A stretch of 64,000 nucleotides of DNA. Origin: Stegostoma tigrinum (taxonomy: Eukaryota). Each line of letters begins with the position of its first letter. Within the stretch, counting starts at the first letter, position 1. The stretch spans positions 44,969,404 to 45,033,403 of the forward strand of contig NC_081379.1 of assembly GCF_030684315.1 (NCBI RefSeq). The letters run 5' to 3'. Shown one piece after another: positions 26,163 to 40,194 of the stretch. Both the position numbers and the translations under genes were made by a program. Under the pieces are notes generated by a model. The model ran no database searches and had not been told where the DNA came from. It saw only the letters and a list, made by a program, of their open reading frames with translations.

Positions 26163-26700
26163 AAGGTTTTGGAGCAGATTTGTAGCTCGGATTATGGGTG
26201 TTGAGGTTGGTTGGTTCGTCAAGCTGGTTTCTTCCATCGTAGACGTTTCATTGCCATGCTGGGTAACATCCTCACTGCAGCCTCCAGTGAAGCGTGGGCG
26301 TGTTTTCCTGCCTGGTTTTTATACTCTGGAGTCCGTTGAGCTGGATTGCCTCACTTTCAGTTTTCCTTCGTAGTGGAATGTATATGGGGTCGAGTTCAAT
26401 GCGTTTATTAATAGCCTGCTTCATTGAATGCCAGGCTTCTAGGAATTCTCGTGCCTGTCTCTGCCTAGCTTGTCTCAGGATTTTGGTGTTGTCCCAGTCA
26501 AAATGGTGGTTCTCCTTATCCATGTGGAATGAGATGAGTATTGGTTGTGTCTTTTTGTAGCCAGTTGGTGTCCATGTACCTTTGTTGTTTGTTTCCTTCC
26601 TGTTTGTCCGATGTAGTGTTTCTTACAGTCTCTGCAGGGGATCTTGTAGATGATATTGGTCCTGTCCATGGCAGGGAGTGGGTCTTTAAAGCAGTTGCTA
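26163..26700 (-). mobile_element. Penelope-like element (Poseidon-type), GIY-YIG and tail
   Basis: NIIYKIPCRDCKKHYIGQTGRK..DKENHHFDWDNTKIL..REFLEAWHS. Confidence 0.88.
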
Positions 26701-26819
26701 ATGCTGCTAGCTCTAAGTTTATCTGCACATATAACATACCATTCCCACTTGAATGTATGTAAGTATTGTTCCTTCATTGTTGCCAAGAGGATCTGGGTGT
26801 CCTCGTGCATAAATTGCAG

Positions 26820-27490
26820 AAAACTAATATGTAGTACAAAATGTTATAAGGGAGGCAAATAGAATTTTGGTGTATGTTGCTAAAGAAATAGATAATAGAA
26901 GTAGCAAAGCATTGCTGTAACTGCATAAGACATCAATGAGACTGTACCTGGAATATTACATCTAATTTTGGTCCCCTTACTTGAGGACAGATATAGTTGT
27001 GTTGGAGGCAGTTCAGAGGAAGTTCACTAGTTCAAAGATAAGGGATTTGTCTTATGAAAAGAGATTGAGCAGTTCAGGCCTATACTTACGAGTTTAGAAG
27101 AATGAGAGGCGATCTAATTGAGGTATATAGGATGCTAATATGGATTGACAAAGACACCATATAAAAGATGTTTTCTCAAGTGAGACAATCTTGAATGAGT
27201 GGTCATAGTTTTAGGATAAAGGGTAGAAGATTTAAACAGAGAGAAGGAGCAATTACTTCTTTCAAAGGGTCGTGAGTGTGGAATTCATGATCCCAAAGAG
27301 CAGTGGATGCTGGGACTTTGAGTGAATTTGAGCAGGAAACATTTAATTAACAATGGGTTGAAGGGAAAGTGGGCAGGAAAGTGGAGTTGAGGCTGAGATT
27401 GAGATCAGCCATAATTGTATCAAATGTTTGGGCTGGCTCAAGGGGCAGAATTGCCTACTCCTGCCCCTAGTTGTTAACGTTTCACGTCCA
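26820..27490 (+). mobile_element. CR1 3' fragment
   Basis: Decayed RLYLEYY..FWSPYLR..LEAVQRKFT followed by a CR1 3' UTR. Confidence 0.7.
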
Positions 27491-28394
27491 GTATGAGCTG
27501 GGTTCCAAAGAAGAGTCATATTAGACTTGAAACATTAACTCTGTTTCTCTGTCCGCAGATGCTGCCAGGCCTGCTGTGTGTCTGAAACACTTTCTGTTCT
27601 TTTCAGATTTCCAACATCTGTATTTTTCTTTTATTTATTTTTTAAATGACCTGTTACGACACATCTCAAGAGCAGGTGGGACTTGAACCCGGTCTTCTAG
27701 CCTATGAGTAGAGGCACTGAGAGTGCACTACAAATCCCCCTGCCTCACCTCCCTTTATATTGCTTTTATATAGCTCCAGAGAAAATTGAGAATGGTGATA
27801 CTTATTGGGCTTTGTACATCAGAGCTGGGTTTCCTGTTGGGCAGTGTTTGTAAGTTTTAATTTGTTATTTGTGTTATTAGGTACATTGGTGGTGGCTGTT
27901 TAAAATAAAACAGAAAGAGATGGCATTAGGCCTCTTGTGCACTTGTTGTGTCCCTATCTCTGAGTCAGAATGCCCAGTGCAAATTTTACCTGCTCAAGAG
28001 GTATGTTTGAACAAGTTGATTAGAAAATATCCAAAAATAGAATGAACTGGGTTCTTTTCCGGACTGTAGCCTTTCTTTCATGGTTGCGTCTATGCCTGAA
28101 TTTCTCTGGAGTGGGAGCATACAGTGTCCATAGATGCCCTCAAAACCTTGGGGAATAGGTGGGCTACAGTTGCTCAGATGTATTATATTCATCACCAATA
28201 GCATTTTAATTTTATCTTGTCCCTTGTTTGTTCTCTTCGTTTTGTTTTGTATTTTGTTACATTGCTTTTGGTAATTAGTGATTGTCTTTGGATGATGTGT
28301 TAACTTGTTAATTGGATGACTGGGAGTATTTTACATGGTAAGAATAAGAGCTGTGTGCTTCCGCAGTCAAGGGTTAGCATCTGGACAGGGAAGG

Positions 28395-29000
28395 TGTTAT
28401 GGATCAGACCAAATCCCCTTCAAAGCATTCAGAGAATAGTCTAGATCCTAACCTTTTCTTATTTTAAAGGTAAATGTAAGGTGTTGTGTTCCAGATGCAA
28501 CTCAATTGGTCAAACTACTGGATTTAAAGCAACACATGCTTTGTTCATCTACGATAGTTGAAATGCAACAAAAGAAAGAAGGAATTGGAATAACTTAACT
28601 CTGTTGGAAAACTTACCAGAATAATAGATATAGTACTATCTGTACAAATAGGTAAACGCACTCTTGGCAAAAGGCAAATTCAGAACACAGATTGTCTCAC
28701 TGACAGAAAACCCCCAGCTTTTTGCTGCAATCAAGAGAGGTAAAAATACCCTTCACTTCTTCAAGACCCCAACAACTGCTAAAGGCTAAACTAAAAATCC
28801 TGATTCTGTGGGTTGGAGATTGACCACACCCATTCAGGTGATAGATTCTGTCACCCAATAGAAGTTCCAACGTAAAAATAACACACCTCAGGCTTCACAA
28901 GTTACTTATTCTCTCATAGGTTGCTTGGTACCTGTCCCCCAGTCTTTCTCTAAAAGAAACCAGGACAAAATACGCCTCTTAAAGCCACAGTATTGCCGCA
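28395..29000. mobile_element. Solo LTR (606 bp)
   Basis: Begins TGTTAT, ends GCCGCA and is flanked by a 4-bp AAGG duplication (28391-28394, 29001-29004); weak similarity to 54560-54900. Confidence 0.55.
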
Positions 29001-29229
29001 AAGGGGAAGATGGGATTTGGTGTTTGTGCCAAATTATAAATCTACAATAAAACCCTTATCGATCTCAGGAAATATTTTTCTGCTGGATTCAAAATATTGA
29101 TACAATCTGCTGAACATGGAAGATTTTTGAAGATCAGAAATAGGCAGCTGTACACTTGGAAAAGAATAAGGAATACAGAAGACCTTGAGGCTGCAGTCAC
29201 ATTTCACAAAGCTTGCAGCCACTTTTCAT

Positions 29230-29710
29230 GTTGCCTTATATTGCAAGGGGCTGGACTATCAAAGCTGGGAACTTTTTGTAACAATTGTACAGGACATTAG
29301 TGAGGGTACTTGGAATGTTAGGGTGATTCCTGGGATGAAGGTGCTGTGTTATGAGGTGAGAATGAGTATGTGGGGATATATTCATTGGATTTTGGAAGAA
29401 TGAGAGGTAATCTTATTGAAACATATAATCCAGAACGAGGGAAACATTTTACAAATAAGGATTTTTTGATTTGGGATGGCAACGAGGACAGATTTCTCTT
29501 TGTCGTTTATGTCTTTAGAATTCTTTTCCACAAAGAAGTGTGGAGTCGGCACACTGAATATATTCAAGGCTGAGTTAGACAGATTTTTGATTGGAAAAGT
29601 AGTTAAGCTTTGTGGCAGTCATCAGGAAAGTGGCGTTAAGGCAACAAATAGATCACTCATGATCTTATTGAATGTAGGAAGAGGCTTGATGGAATAAATG
29701 GCCTACTCAT
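29230..29710 (+). mobile_element. CR1 3' fragment
   Basis: GIYSLDFGRMRGNLIETY and TLNIFKAELDRFLI. Confidence 0.7.
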
Positions 29711-30465
29711 TAAAGTCTTGTGTTTTGAGATATGGTGCTGGCTGGTGCAGAAATCAGGGAACCTGATGGGGTTCTCATTTATTGCCATCTTCCAGCATGT
29801 GGGGAAGGAGTGAGAAGTTACAGCCCTAGTGGGAATGTTGGGATTGAAGTTTAGGATGGGATGGTGAGAGGGTGATTGACAAATCTGGCAGAATTCGTCC
29901 AACTCTCTGTTCTCCTGCTACATTTCGGAGACTATTGAGGGAGGACAATTCCATCTTTAGCTGTGTTCTCTTGTAATATTTTTCATTTTGAAACATTTCT
30001 ATTTGATTATATCAAGAAAAAGGAGTAGTGACAATGACTTTTAAGATATACTGCCATATCTCCTTTCAGATAAAAAAAGCAAAGGATAGGAATCACTAAA
30101 CAGCTGCACAAAATAAAATTGCACTGTAGCCATACTGGATGTGTGAAAGCCATTCTGAAAGTTGATAAATTTTAGTCGTGAAAAGAATTGAATGCAGTGC
30201 TGGTATTTAAAAAATAATAATTCCAGTAAATATAGGTATATTTTCTTTCTGGTAAACTCATGATGCACACAAATCAACTGATTTATATAATGTTTTATGA
30301 AGCACTACAAATATAAATGTTACTTGAATCGCTGGAATTTTGTATTCTCAAAATTAAGATTATATTTTTAGTGATAAGCAGGTAACAGCTTGTCTTATGT
30401 TTATATCAAGTTTGTTGTACAGTGTTTTCCTTTTTATTTACTCCTTGTTTTCTTTTCTCCTGCAG

Positions 30466-30584
30466 ATTTGCATTTTTGGAAAATGATGTCATTATGCCAT
30501 TGTCTGAGCTGCTTGAAGATCCTGAGGACATCTGTCGCAAAAACATGCATATGGTTCTGGAGATGTTCTCGCAAATCCCAGCAG
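30466..30584 (+). CDS. RSPH14: Radial spoke head 14 homolog, coding exon 3
   Basis: Long polypyrimidine tract ending tgcag; donor CAG|GTAGGA; 119 nt; in frame, encoding (R)FAFLENDVIMPLSELLEDPEDICRKNMHMVLEMFSQIPA(G). Confidence 0.92.
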
Positions 30585-33500
30585 GTAGGAACCTAAATTT
30601 AACAGAATGAACAGAAAAGGTATGTTGAGCAAAGGAGTAAATATTGTTAGTAGCATTTGTGCTCTTTAAATTTGACATACAAGTTTTATTGTTTGGGAAA
30701 CTGATATTTCTAGTGTTGAACTAATATTTGAACTTCCCTAAAACTAGGTAGTGTTATTACTGGTATGCATCATTCCAGTATTATCTGCGAACAGCATTTA
30801 ATTCTTAGACAGAAAACTCAAATTTATGTGTAGTATTTCTTGCTTTGCCTGCTGGCCCCCACATTACCTACTGTATTATTGAGAATGTTTAGTGATTAGT
30901 TGCGACCAATTATTTTCTCATGATTGAGGAAGATGACACAGATTGGTAGATACTACTATAGCATCTGAAGGGAGATTAAATCACATGGCCATAGCTTTGT
31001 TATATTTTTCCATGCATAGTTCAGGCATGTGTTGGATGATACTATGACAAGTATGTGTAATTTGAAATTAATTGCTTTATTAAATGGTTCACTTATATTC
31101 GTGACAATTCTTGGCTTTTGAGTAGTAAAGCCCTACTTTTCGAAAATTTGCACACATTTGTCTTAGCTTTTGCATCATAAAAGCAAAAGATTCTTCATCT
31201 ACTATGCATTTGAATATGGAAAACAAAAGAGCAATGAGAAGCCATAGATATTTTGAAAACACTGAAGCTGCAAAGACAGTTTGCTTATTTAAAGGTTGGA
31301 TTGAAACTGTGATAAAACTATATTCTTTACTTGTATTTGTATGGGACTGGAATTGAAGAAAGATTATGCAACATCTGTTTCCTGCTATTTAGAGAGGTAT
31401 TTTTGGAGTGAGCAAGAAAGGAATTGTAAGGGCCTTGCTAAGGGCTTTTAAAGCTATGAGGATTTTGATAGAATGGATAGAGAAGAAAAATTACCTTTGA
31501 TTGGGTAATTATTGATGAGGAAAGTTGGGTTGATGCTGGAGTGGAGAAAAAACATCCGCATAGACTGGTTGGGCCAAATTGCCTGTTTCTGTGCCATAAG
31601 TCCTGTGTAATCCAATAAAAGTAAATGAAAGCTAGAAAAACTGCAAAGAGGGACTTTGCAGATGTGAAAGGCACTGAGAGAAAGCAGTCCACATTTGTGG
31701 TTGAAACAGATATTACTTAATTTTATTTCAAATTTCTAACATCCTGTAGTGTTTTGCTTTCGTTGTCATGCAATCCTTTGCACCCTGTAAGGGATAAAAA
31801 GCCATGAATATTTGAAGCAGAAGAATTTCTAAGTTGATGAAAAGAGGGTGGGTTCAGCATGATCGGTTTTAGATTTCGCTTATAAAGGCTGATGAAATAA
31901 TTTCTGTAATCGACTTTTATAATGCTGTGAATATCTGTGTGGCTCAGGAGCTTTGGTCAGTTACATCAGAGTTCAGTGAAATCAGTATAACACACGTACC
32001 TGTCTGTTATAGTTAGGAAGAACTGAGCTCAACAGATGTAAATAGATTTGGCATTTGAGTCAAGCATTTGAGATGGTGATTATAAGCAAGGCTCCAGCAG
32101 TTACGTGCTTGAAACAGGAGATAAAGTATGTCTAAACTAGATTTCATTTTTATTAAATATGGTTTAGTTTGTATAAAAAACTTAAATAAATATTTTGCCT
32201 AAAATAAATTCAGAAGTGCCTTCTGAAATCATGTTTAAGCCTATAATTTATTCCCGAAGTGAAAACTGCAAGCAGTATAAGAAATTATTCTTATGCGTGG
32301 ATACGTTAACAATGCAAGATTGTAAATTTGATAACATTGTATTTACTATTCAGCTTTTTAAAATAATTCTATATGTAAGTAGTATCATTGAATATCTCTG
32401 TACAGAATGAGGAATTAACTGTCCAACTATTTTGATTTTGCAGTTCCTAAACACATCCTGTTTAATTTGTTGGTGTCTGAAAGCTGAATCGCCCCATAGC
32501 CACTGTAAAATAGTATTGTTAATTGAAATTTATTGTATGTTGAGAGGTTTACCTATGTTTTTGCTAATTCTTTTATGGGATGTGGTATTGTTTGCGAGAC
32601 GAATATATTTGTCCATCCCAATTGCTTTTGAGGAGATAGTGAGCTGCCTTCTTGAAGCAATGCCGATAATGTAATATTTGTACACTCAGAGAATGCCACG
32701 AGGAAGGGAGTTCAGGGATTTGAATCCAGTGACAGTGAAGGAAAGTTGAAATTGGCACAAGTCACAGTGGCTTGGAGGGAAACATGCAGATCGTGTTCCC
32801 ATATGTCTGCTGCCCTTGTCCTTGTGATGGTAGGGATTGTATGTTTGGAAGTGCGGTTTGTATGTGCATGGTGAGCTGTTTACGGTGCATCGTCATTCTG
32901 CTATGACTGTAGCAGTGGTGTGGTGTGAATACTTAAGTTGTGGATGGGGCAGTTATTGAGCAATCTGCTTTTTCCTGAATGGCGTTGAATGTCTTGAGTG
33001 TTGTTGGAACTATACCTATATGGTAATTATTCCATCACACTCTTGATTTGTTTCTTGTAGATTTTAGGTAGACATTGGCAAATCAGGAGGCGTATTACTT
33101 TACACAGAATTTGTGGCCTTTGACTTGTTGTAGCGGCAATATTAATACAGCTGATCCAGTTTAGCTTCTGGTCAATGGTAGCTTCCAAGATGTTGGCAGT
33201 GGGAGATTCAGTGATGGAAATATGATAAAGTGCCAAGGGGAGATTGTTAGATTCTTCTAATTTGTAGATGCCCATTGTCTGGCACTTCTGTGGTACAAAT
33301 ATTATTTGCCACTTATCAACTCATGCTAAAATGCTATCCAAGTTACTTTGTTACTCTTGGTGAGAAGTGATGAATCAGCTCCCTTCTTTTAAATGCACTC
33401 GGTTGGCTGCAAACAACAATCTTTAATTTTCTTCAGTTCACAGCTATCACGCTTCAATTCAAATGTAAGTTTGCTCAGTTAAAAAATAGAATTAACCAAT

Positions 33501-33910
33501 GTGATTTTCTTGAGTGATAGAAAAGAAATGTTTTTATCCACTAAACCCAAGAAAATAATAAATTATAACATCAAACACAGATATAAAGTTTTGAAATAAA
33601 GAAGGTACAGTACAATCAGAAGATAAAGAATGTGCAGTTGCTTATTCCTTAAATTGCTAAAATTGTATCCGAGACCATGGACTTTTAATTGACGTCTGGT
33701 GTTCTGAGCAGTACTGAAATCTGTAAAATCCTGACCTTCTTGGATATTTCCCTGATTTGTTTTATCAATGAAGGATGCCAAGATGGACCATCCACTTGAC
33801 AATTCTGTCTGAAGATCTTTTGTGAATGCTTCAGCCTTATCTTTTGAACTTTTGAGTGTTGGATTTTTCCATTGTTGAGGATTTGTGAAACTTCCTCCTC
33901 CACTGAGTTA

Positions 33911-34636
33911 AAGATAATGGGAACTGCAAATGCTGGAGAACCCAAGATAACAAAGTGTGGAGCTGGATGAACACAGCTCGCGGGAAACCAAGTGGAGGCT
34001 TGAGGACTGCTTTGCAGAACACCTACGCTCGGCTCGCAATAAACAACTGCATCTCCCAGTCGCGAACCATTTCAACTCCCCCTCCCATTCCTTAGACGAT
34101 ATCTCCATTCTGGGCCAACTGCAGATGCCACCCGAAGGTTGCAGGAACAGCACCTCATGATCCACTTGGGAACCCTGCAGCCCAGTGGTATCAATGTGGA
34201 TTTCACAAGCTTCAAAATCTCCCCTCCCCCTACTGCATCCCAAAACCAGCCCAGTTTGTCCCCGCCTCCCTAACCTGTTCTTCCTCTCACCTATCCCCTC
34301 CTCCCACCTCAAACCACACCCCCATCGCCTACTTACTAAGCTCATCCCGCCTCCTTGACCTGTCCGTCCTCCCCGGACTGACCTATCCCCTCCCTACCTC
34401 CCCACCTACACTCACCTCTACAGGCTCCATCCCCACCTCTTTAACTTGTCTGTCTCCTCTCCACCTATCTTCTCCTCTATCCATCTTTGATCCGCCTCCC
34501 CCTCACTCCCTATTTATTTCAGAACCGTCTCCCCCTCCCCCTTTTCTGATGAAGGGTCTAGGCCCGAAATGTCAGCTTTTGTGCTGCTAAGATGCTGCTT
34601 GGCCTGCTGTGTTCATCCAGCTCCACACTTTGTTAT
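33911..34636 (+). mobile_element. 5'-truncated PLE with inverted short pLTR and 16-bp TSD
   Basis: Inverted tail at 33911-33977, then GIY-YIG ETKWRLEDCFAEHLRSARNKQLHLPVANHFNS and the tail. CTCCTCCACTGAGTTA is duplicated at 33895-33910 and 34637-34652. Confidence 0.9.
34546..34573 (+). ncRNA. Minimal hammerhead ribozyme motif (mutated)
   Basis: CTGATGA-AGGGTCTAGGCCC-GAAAT-GTC; one change from the copy at 47954. Confidence 0.55.
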
Positions 34637-34711
34637 CTCCTCCACTGAGTTATTCAGTTGTCTACCGGTATTAATAAATGGATGTGGCAGGACTGCAGCG
34701 CTTTGATCTGA

Positions 34712-37700
34712 ACAGAGGGTGCTGCTGAGAAGTAACTGAGGAGCATTTTGATAGCAGACGGCTCAGTCACCAGTGATCACCCAGGAGCGAATTAAAGGGA
34801 GGCAAACTATAGCAAAGCCACCATTTTTGAAGCGGTCGTTTTGGGAAAGGCTGCTTTATGGTTAAAGTGCTGCTGGAGGTTTAAGTGTGGGCCTTGTTAG
34901 GTACTGGACTTCAGTGAGTAGGGCGATCCGCATCAAGGAAAGGGCAAGGTAAGATTCTATTCCTTGTTTTAGAGTAATGGAGCAGAGATGGCAGTTAGGG
35001 CAGTGGCGTGCCCCTCATTCAAGATGTGGGAGCAATCTAGTGTCCCTGCCACAATGTCTGCAGGAAGTGTGGCCAGGTGCAGCTTGTCATAGACTGAATG
35101 GTTTGGTTAGAGATCCAGTTGGACACATTGAAGAGCACTATTGTGGGCAGAGAGTGTGATAGATAATAGTTACAGGTTCAGTTGGGTAGATGGGTGACTG
35201 CCAGGAAAAGCAGGCAGGTAGTGCAGAAGTCTCCTGTGGCAATTCCACTCTCTAACAGGTATACCGTTTTGGAGACTAGTCGGGGCGACAGCATCTCTGG
35301 GAATTACAGCAGCAACAGTCAGGTCTGTGGAACCACGACTGGATTTGCTGTAGGCCAGTGTAAGGCAAAGTCCAAGCAAGAGTTAGTTGTAAGGTACTTG
35401 CTAGTCAGGAGCACAATCAGGTGTCTCTGTGGTCGCAATGAAGACTCTTGGATGGTGTGTTGCTTCCCTGATGCCAGTTCAAAGGTTGTGTGAAATTCTT
35501 GAGGGTGAGAGTGAGTGGTTGTTGTACTCATTGATACCAACAACATAGACAGGGAAAGGGATGTGGTCCTGAAGAGTGATTATGGGGAGATAGGCAGAAG
35601 GTTAAAATACAGGACTTCAAGGCTAGTAACTTGTGGACTACTTCCGGTGTCATGCATTAGCGAGAGTAGGAATAGGAGGATTTCGTAGATGAATGTATGG
35701 CTTGAGAGCTGGTGCAGACGGCAGGGATTCAGATTTGTGGATCATAGGGATCTTCTCTGGGATGACCTGTATTAGAGGGATGGGCTACACTTGAACTGGA
35801 CGGGGACCAATATCCTGGTGGAGAGATTTGCTCGAGCTCCTCGTGATGGTTTAAACTAGTATGGCAGTGGGTGGTATCCAAAGCAGTAGGGAGACAAAAA
35901 AGAAGGTTGACAACAGTGCAGAAGTTAATGAGAACAAGTTGAATAGTAAAGGCTATTTTGTTAATCCTAGTACTAGATGGAGCAGGAAAGAGCCTGGCAG
36001 GAAACAATGGAAGTCTGGGTTAAACTGCATTTATTTCAATGCAAGAAGCCTGACAGGTAAGAGAAAGTGAACTTGGGGCGTAAATGGGTTCATGGGACTG
36101 CGACATTATAGCTATTATAGAAATGTTGCTGAGGGAAGTATTAGACTGGCAGCTCAATGTTCTAGAGTACAGATGCTATATGAAGTATAGAAGGGGAGGC
36201 AAGAGAGAAGGAGTTTTGCGTTTTAATTACGTAGAACATCTTGGCAGTACTGAGAGAAGACATTCTTGATGGCTCATCCGCTGGGTGTATAGGAGTAGAA
36301 CTGAGAAATGAAAAGAGGGCTATCACTTTGATAGCATATATTATAGATTCCTGCATAGTCACTGGGAGATTGAGGAGCAATTTGTAAGGAGATTGCAGAT
36401 AGCTGCAACAACAATAGTGTTGTAATAGTGGGGTATTTTAACTTTCTTAATGTTGGCTGGGACGGAGATAAATTTGTTAAGTGTGCTCAGGAAGAATTTC
36501 TCATGTTATGTAGATGGCCTACTGGAGAAGAAGCAAAATTTCATGTCCCCTTGGGAAATAAGGCAGGGCAAGTGATGGAAGTCTTAGTGGGGGAACACTT
36601 TTGGGATCGGTGATCATAATTTCATTAGTTTTAAAATAGCTATGGAAAAGGCTAGATCTGGTCAACAACAATACGGCAAAGCCAATTTTGACTGTATGAG
36701 ACAGGAGTTTCCAAAAGTAGATTGGGAGAGGCTGTTTGCAGGCAAAGGGATGTTTGGTAAAAGGGAGGCATTCAAAATTAAGGTAACAAGGATTTGGGAC
36801 CAGTGATTTGCTGTTAGAATGAAGGATAAGGCTGGCAGGAGTAAGTTACTATGGATGACTTGAGTTATTGAGACCCTGGTCAAGTAAAAGAAGGAGGCAG
36901 CTGGGATCAAGTGAACTTTTTGGAATGTAGAGGTTGTTGGAGTACACTTGAGAGAAATCAGGAGGGCTGAAAGCTTTCATGAGATGGCTTTGGCAGATAA
37001 GGCAAAAGAGAATCCAAAAAGATTCTACAAGTACATGAAGTACAAAAGATTAACTGGGACAGAACAGGGCCTCTTAAAGATCAACAATATCATTTATGTG
37101 AGGAGCCGCAAGAGATGGATGAGATCCTAAATGAATATGTTTCGTCTATATTTACCTTTTGAGAAGGGCCTGGATGCTAGGGCACTTGGGGAAATAAACC
37201 ATTATGTCTTGAAGAGAGTCCACTTTGCAGAGGAGGAGGTGCTGGAAGTCTTAAAATACTTTAAGGTAGATAAATCCCTGAGACCTGCTGAAGTGTGTTC
37301 CAGGACTTTGTGTGGGAGGCCAGGGAGGAAATTGTAGAGCCCCTAGTATCATCAACAGTCACGATTGAAGAGCCCTATGATTGGAGGGTGGCTAATGTTG
37401 TATTATTATTTAAGAAAGGCTGTAGGGAAACACCTGAAAACTATAGAACAGTGAGCCTAACATCTGTGGTGGGTAAGTTGTTAGCGGGGATATTGAGAGA
37501 CAGGTTCCCCAGGCATTTGGAGAGACAAGGACTCATTTGGGACAGTTAGTATGATTTTGTGAGTGGGAAATTGTGTTTCATGAATTTGATTGAGTTTTTT
37601 TAAGAGATGACCAAGAAAGTAGCTGAGGGCAATGTGGTAGATGTTGTCTATATGTACCTTAGCAAGGCCTTTGACAAGGTACCTCATGGTAGGTTGTTGA

Positions 37701-38899
37701 GTAAGGTTAAGTCACTTGGCATCCAGTCACAGCTTGCCAGTTGGACTCAAAATTGGCTTCACAGTCGAAGACAGAGTAAGGTGGTAGAGGTTGTTTTTCA
37801 GACCAGAGGCCTGTGACCAGCGGCATGCCATAGGGCTCAATGCTGAGTCCCCTGTTATTTGTTATTTATATAAATGAATTGGATGTGGATTTAGGAGGTA
37901 GGATTGCAGATGACACCAAGATTGGCAATATGGTGGACAGTGAAGAAATTTATCTGGGAATGCAGTGAGATTGTGATCAACTGGGCCTGTGAACTGTGCA
38001 GTGGCAGATGCAGTTTAATTTAGATAAATGCAAGGTGTTACATTTTGGTGGGACAGACGAGGGGAGGACTTACACAGTTGTAGGCAAACAGGAGACTGGA
38101 AGAACACAGCAACGCCAGGCAACATCTGGAGGAAAGGCACAGTCAACGTTTCAGGTATTACCCTTCTTCAGGAAGGTAGGGCTTCAGGTAGGGCCCTGGA
38201 GAGTGTTATAGAACAGAGAGATGTAGGGTACAGGTTCATATTTTCTTCAAAGTGGAATCACAAGTAGACAGGTTGGTGAAGAAGACTTTCAGCTTACTTG
38301 CTTTCATTGGCCAGAGCATTGAGTGTACGAATTAGGATGCCTTGTTGCAGCTAAACAAGACTTTGATGAGGCCACATTTGGAGTACTACATGCTGTTCTG
38401 GTCAGCCTACTATAGAAAGGATATTATTAAACTAGAAAGAATGCAGAAAAGATTTACTAGAATGCTACCTGGACTGGAAGATTTGAGTTATAAGGAGGGG
38501 CTGGAAAGACTGAACACTGAATGGTTGCCTTATTGAGATCTGTAAAATCATAAGAGGCATAGACAAGGTAGGTAGCTAACAGCTTTTCCCCATGGTAGGG
38601 AAGACTAAAACTAGAAATCCTAGGTTTTTGGCGAGTGTAGAATGATAAAAAGGGTACAGAAGGAAATTTTTTTTCACATGGAGAGTGGTGAGCATCTGGA
38701 ATGGGCTGCCAAAGATTGTGGTGGAAGCAAGTGCATTTTGTCATTTAAGAAACATGAAGACAGGTACATGGATGGTATAGGCACAGAGGGGTATGAACCA
38801 AACACAGGCAAATGGAACTAGTTTAGTTATGAAAATTGGGCAGCATGGGTCAGTTGGGCTGAAGGGCATGTTTCAATGCTGCAGACCTCTATAACTCTA
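34712..38899 (+). mobile_element. Near full-length decayed CR1 (ORF1 esterase-like, APE, RT)
   Basis: ORF1 IPLSNRYTVL..MVCCFPDA; APE LNCIYFNARSL; RT DWRVANVVLLFKKG, YLSKAFDKVPHGRL, RPHLEY; 3' end CTCTATAACTCTA. Confidence 0.9.
38080..38180 (-). mobile_element. Short PLE-tail insertion with hammerhead motif inside CR1
   Basis: Interrupts CR1 between TACACAGTT and GGTAGGGCCCTGG. Minus strand reads CTGAAGA-AGGGTAATACCT-GAAACGTT at 38145-38171. Confidence 0.55.
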
Positions 38900-40194
38900 G
38901 CTAATTCATTTGTTGTGGGATTACTTAGCTTTGTCTATCTCTTGCTGCTTATGCTGTTCGGGACACAAGTAGTCCTATTTGGTAGCTTCACCAGGTTGAC
39001 AGCTCATTTTTAGGGATGTCTGGTGCTGTTCCTGGAATGCCCTCCTGCACTCTCCATTGATCCCCTGGCTTGAGGGTAATAGTTCAGTCGGGTTGATGCT
39101 GGATCAAGAGTTTGCTGATTGTGGTGGAGTATAAATCTGCTACAATTGATGTCCTTTGTGCCTCATGGATCCCAGTCTTTCATTGCTAGATCTGTTAGCA
39201 CAGTAACAGTGCTACATAACATGGTTATTCTCATTATGAAGTTGGGACTTCGTCTCAACAGGACTGTGCACTGGTCACTCTTACTGATGCTGTCATAGAC
39301 AGATGCATCTGCAGCCGGCAGATTTTTAAGGATGAGGTCAAGGACGTGTTTTCTTCTTGTTGGCTCCTTTGCTACCTGCTAAGACACAGTCTAGCAGTTG
39401 TGTCCTTTAGGACCCAAACAGCTTGATCAGTAATGCTGCTGCTGAGTCACTCTTAGTGGTGAACATTGAAATCCCCCACCTTGAGTACATTTTGTGCATT
39501 CTTACTGCTGTCAATACTTCCTCCAAGTGTTGTTCAACAAGGAGGAGGACTGGTTCTTCAGCCTAGAGAAGACAGTGCATGGTAATCAGCAGGAGGTTTA
39601 CTTGTTCATGCTTAATCTGAAGCACTAAAGGTTCATGGAATCCACAGTCAATGTTGAGGACTCCCAGGGCAACTCCCTCCCGAAAATGTACCTCTGTTGG
39701 GTCTGCTGCTGGTGGGGTAGGACATATCTGAGGAGGTGATGGTGGTGTCTGGGACATTGAATCATATCTTGCTGACAATGAGTATGATTATGTCAAACTG
39801 TTGCTTGATTAGTCTGTGAGACAGCTATCCCAATTTTGGTGCCAACCCCCAGATATTAATAAGGGGGACTTTTCAATATTGACAGAGCTGTTTCTGCTGT
39901 TGTCTTTCCAGTTACATTCCTTTGTAGAGTCTTTGTAGCGATTGATACAATTGAATGGCTTGCTAGGACATTTGAGAGGGCAATTGAGAGTCAACCACAG
40001 CGTTGTGGGTCTGGAGTCAAATGTAGACCATACCAGGTGGGGGTGACAGATTTCTTTCCCTGAAGGAATTTAGCGAGCTAAATAGTTTTATCCAACACTC
40101 AAGAATATTTCATGGTTGTCAGTAGATTAATTACAGATTTTCTTTTATGAATTCAAATTCCACCAGCTGTAGTGACAGGATTCAAACCTGGATG

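Larger units (their letters stand above)
32565..40190 (-). mobile_element. Family-B LINE, decayed, split by later PLE and CR1 insertions
   Basis: 3' end near 32570; RT remnant ILEATIDQKLNWISCIN; the host sequence resumes at 34653-34711 and 38900-40190, colinear with 240-2450. Confidence 0.6.
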
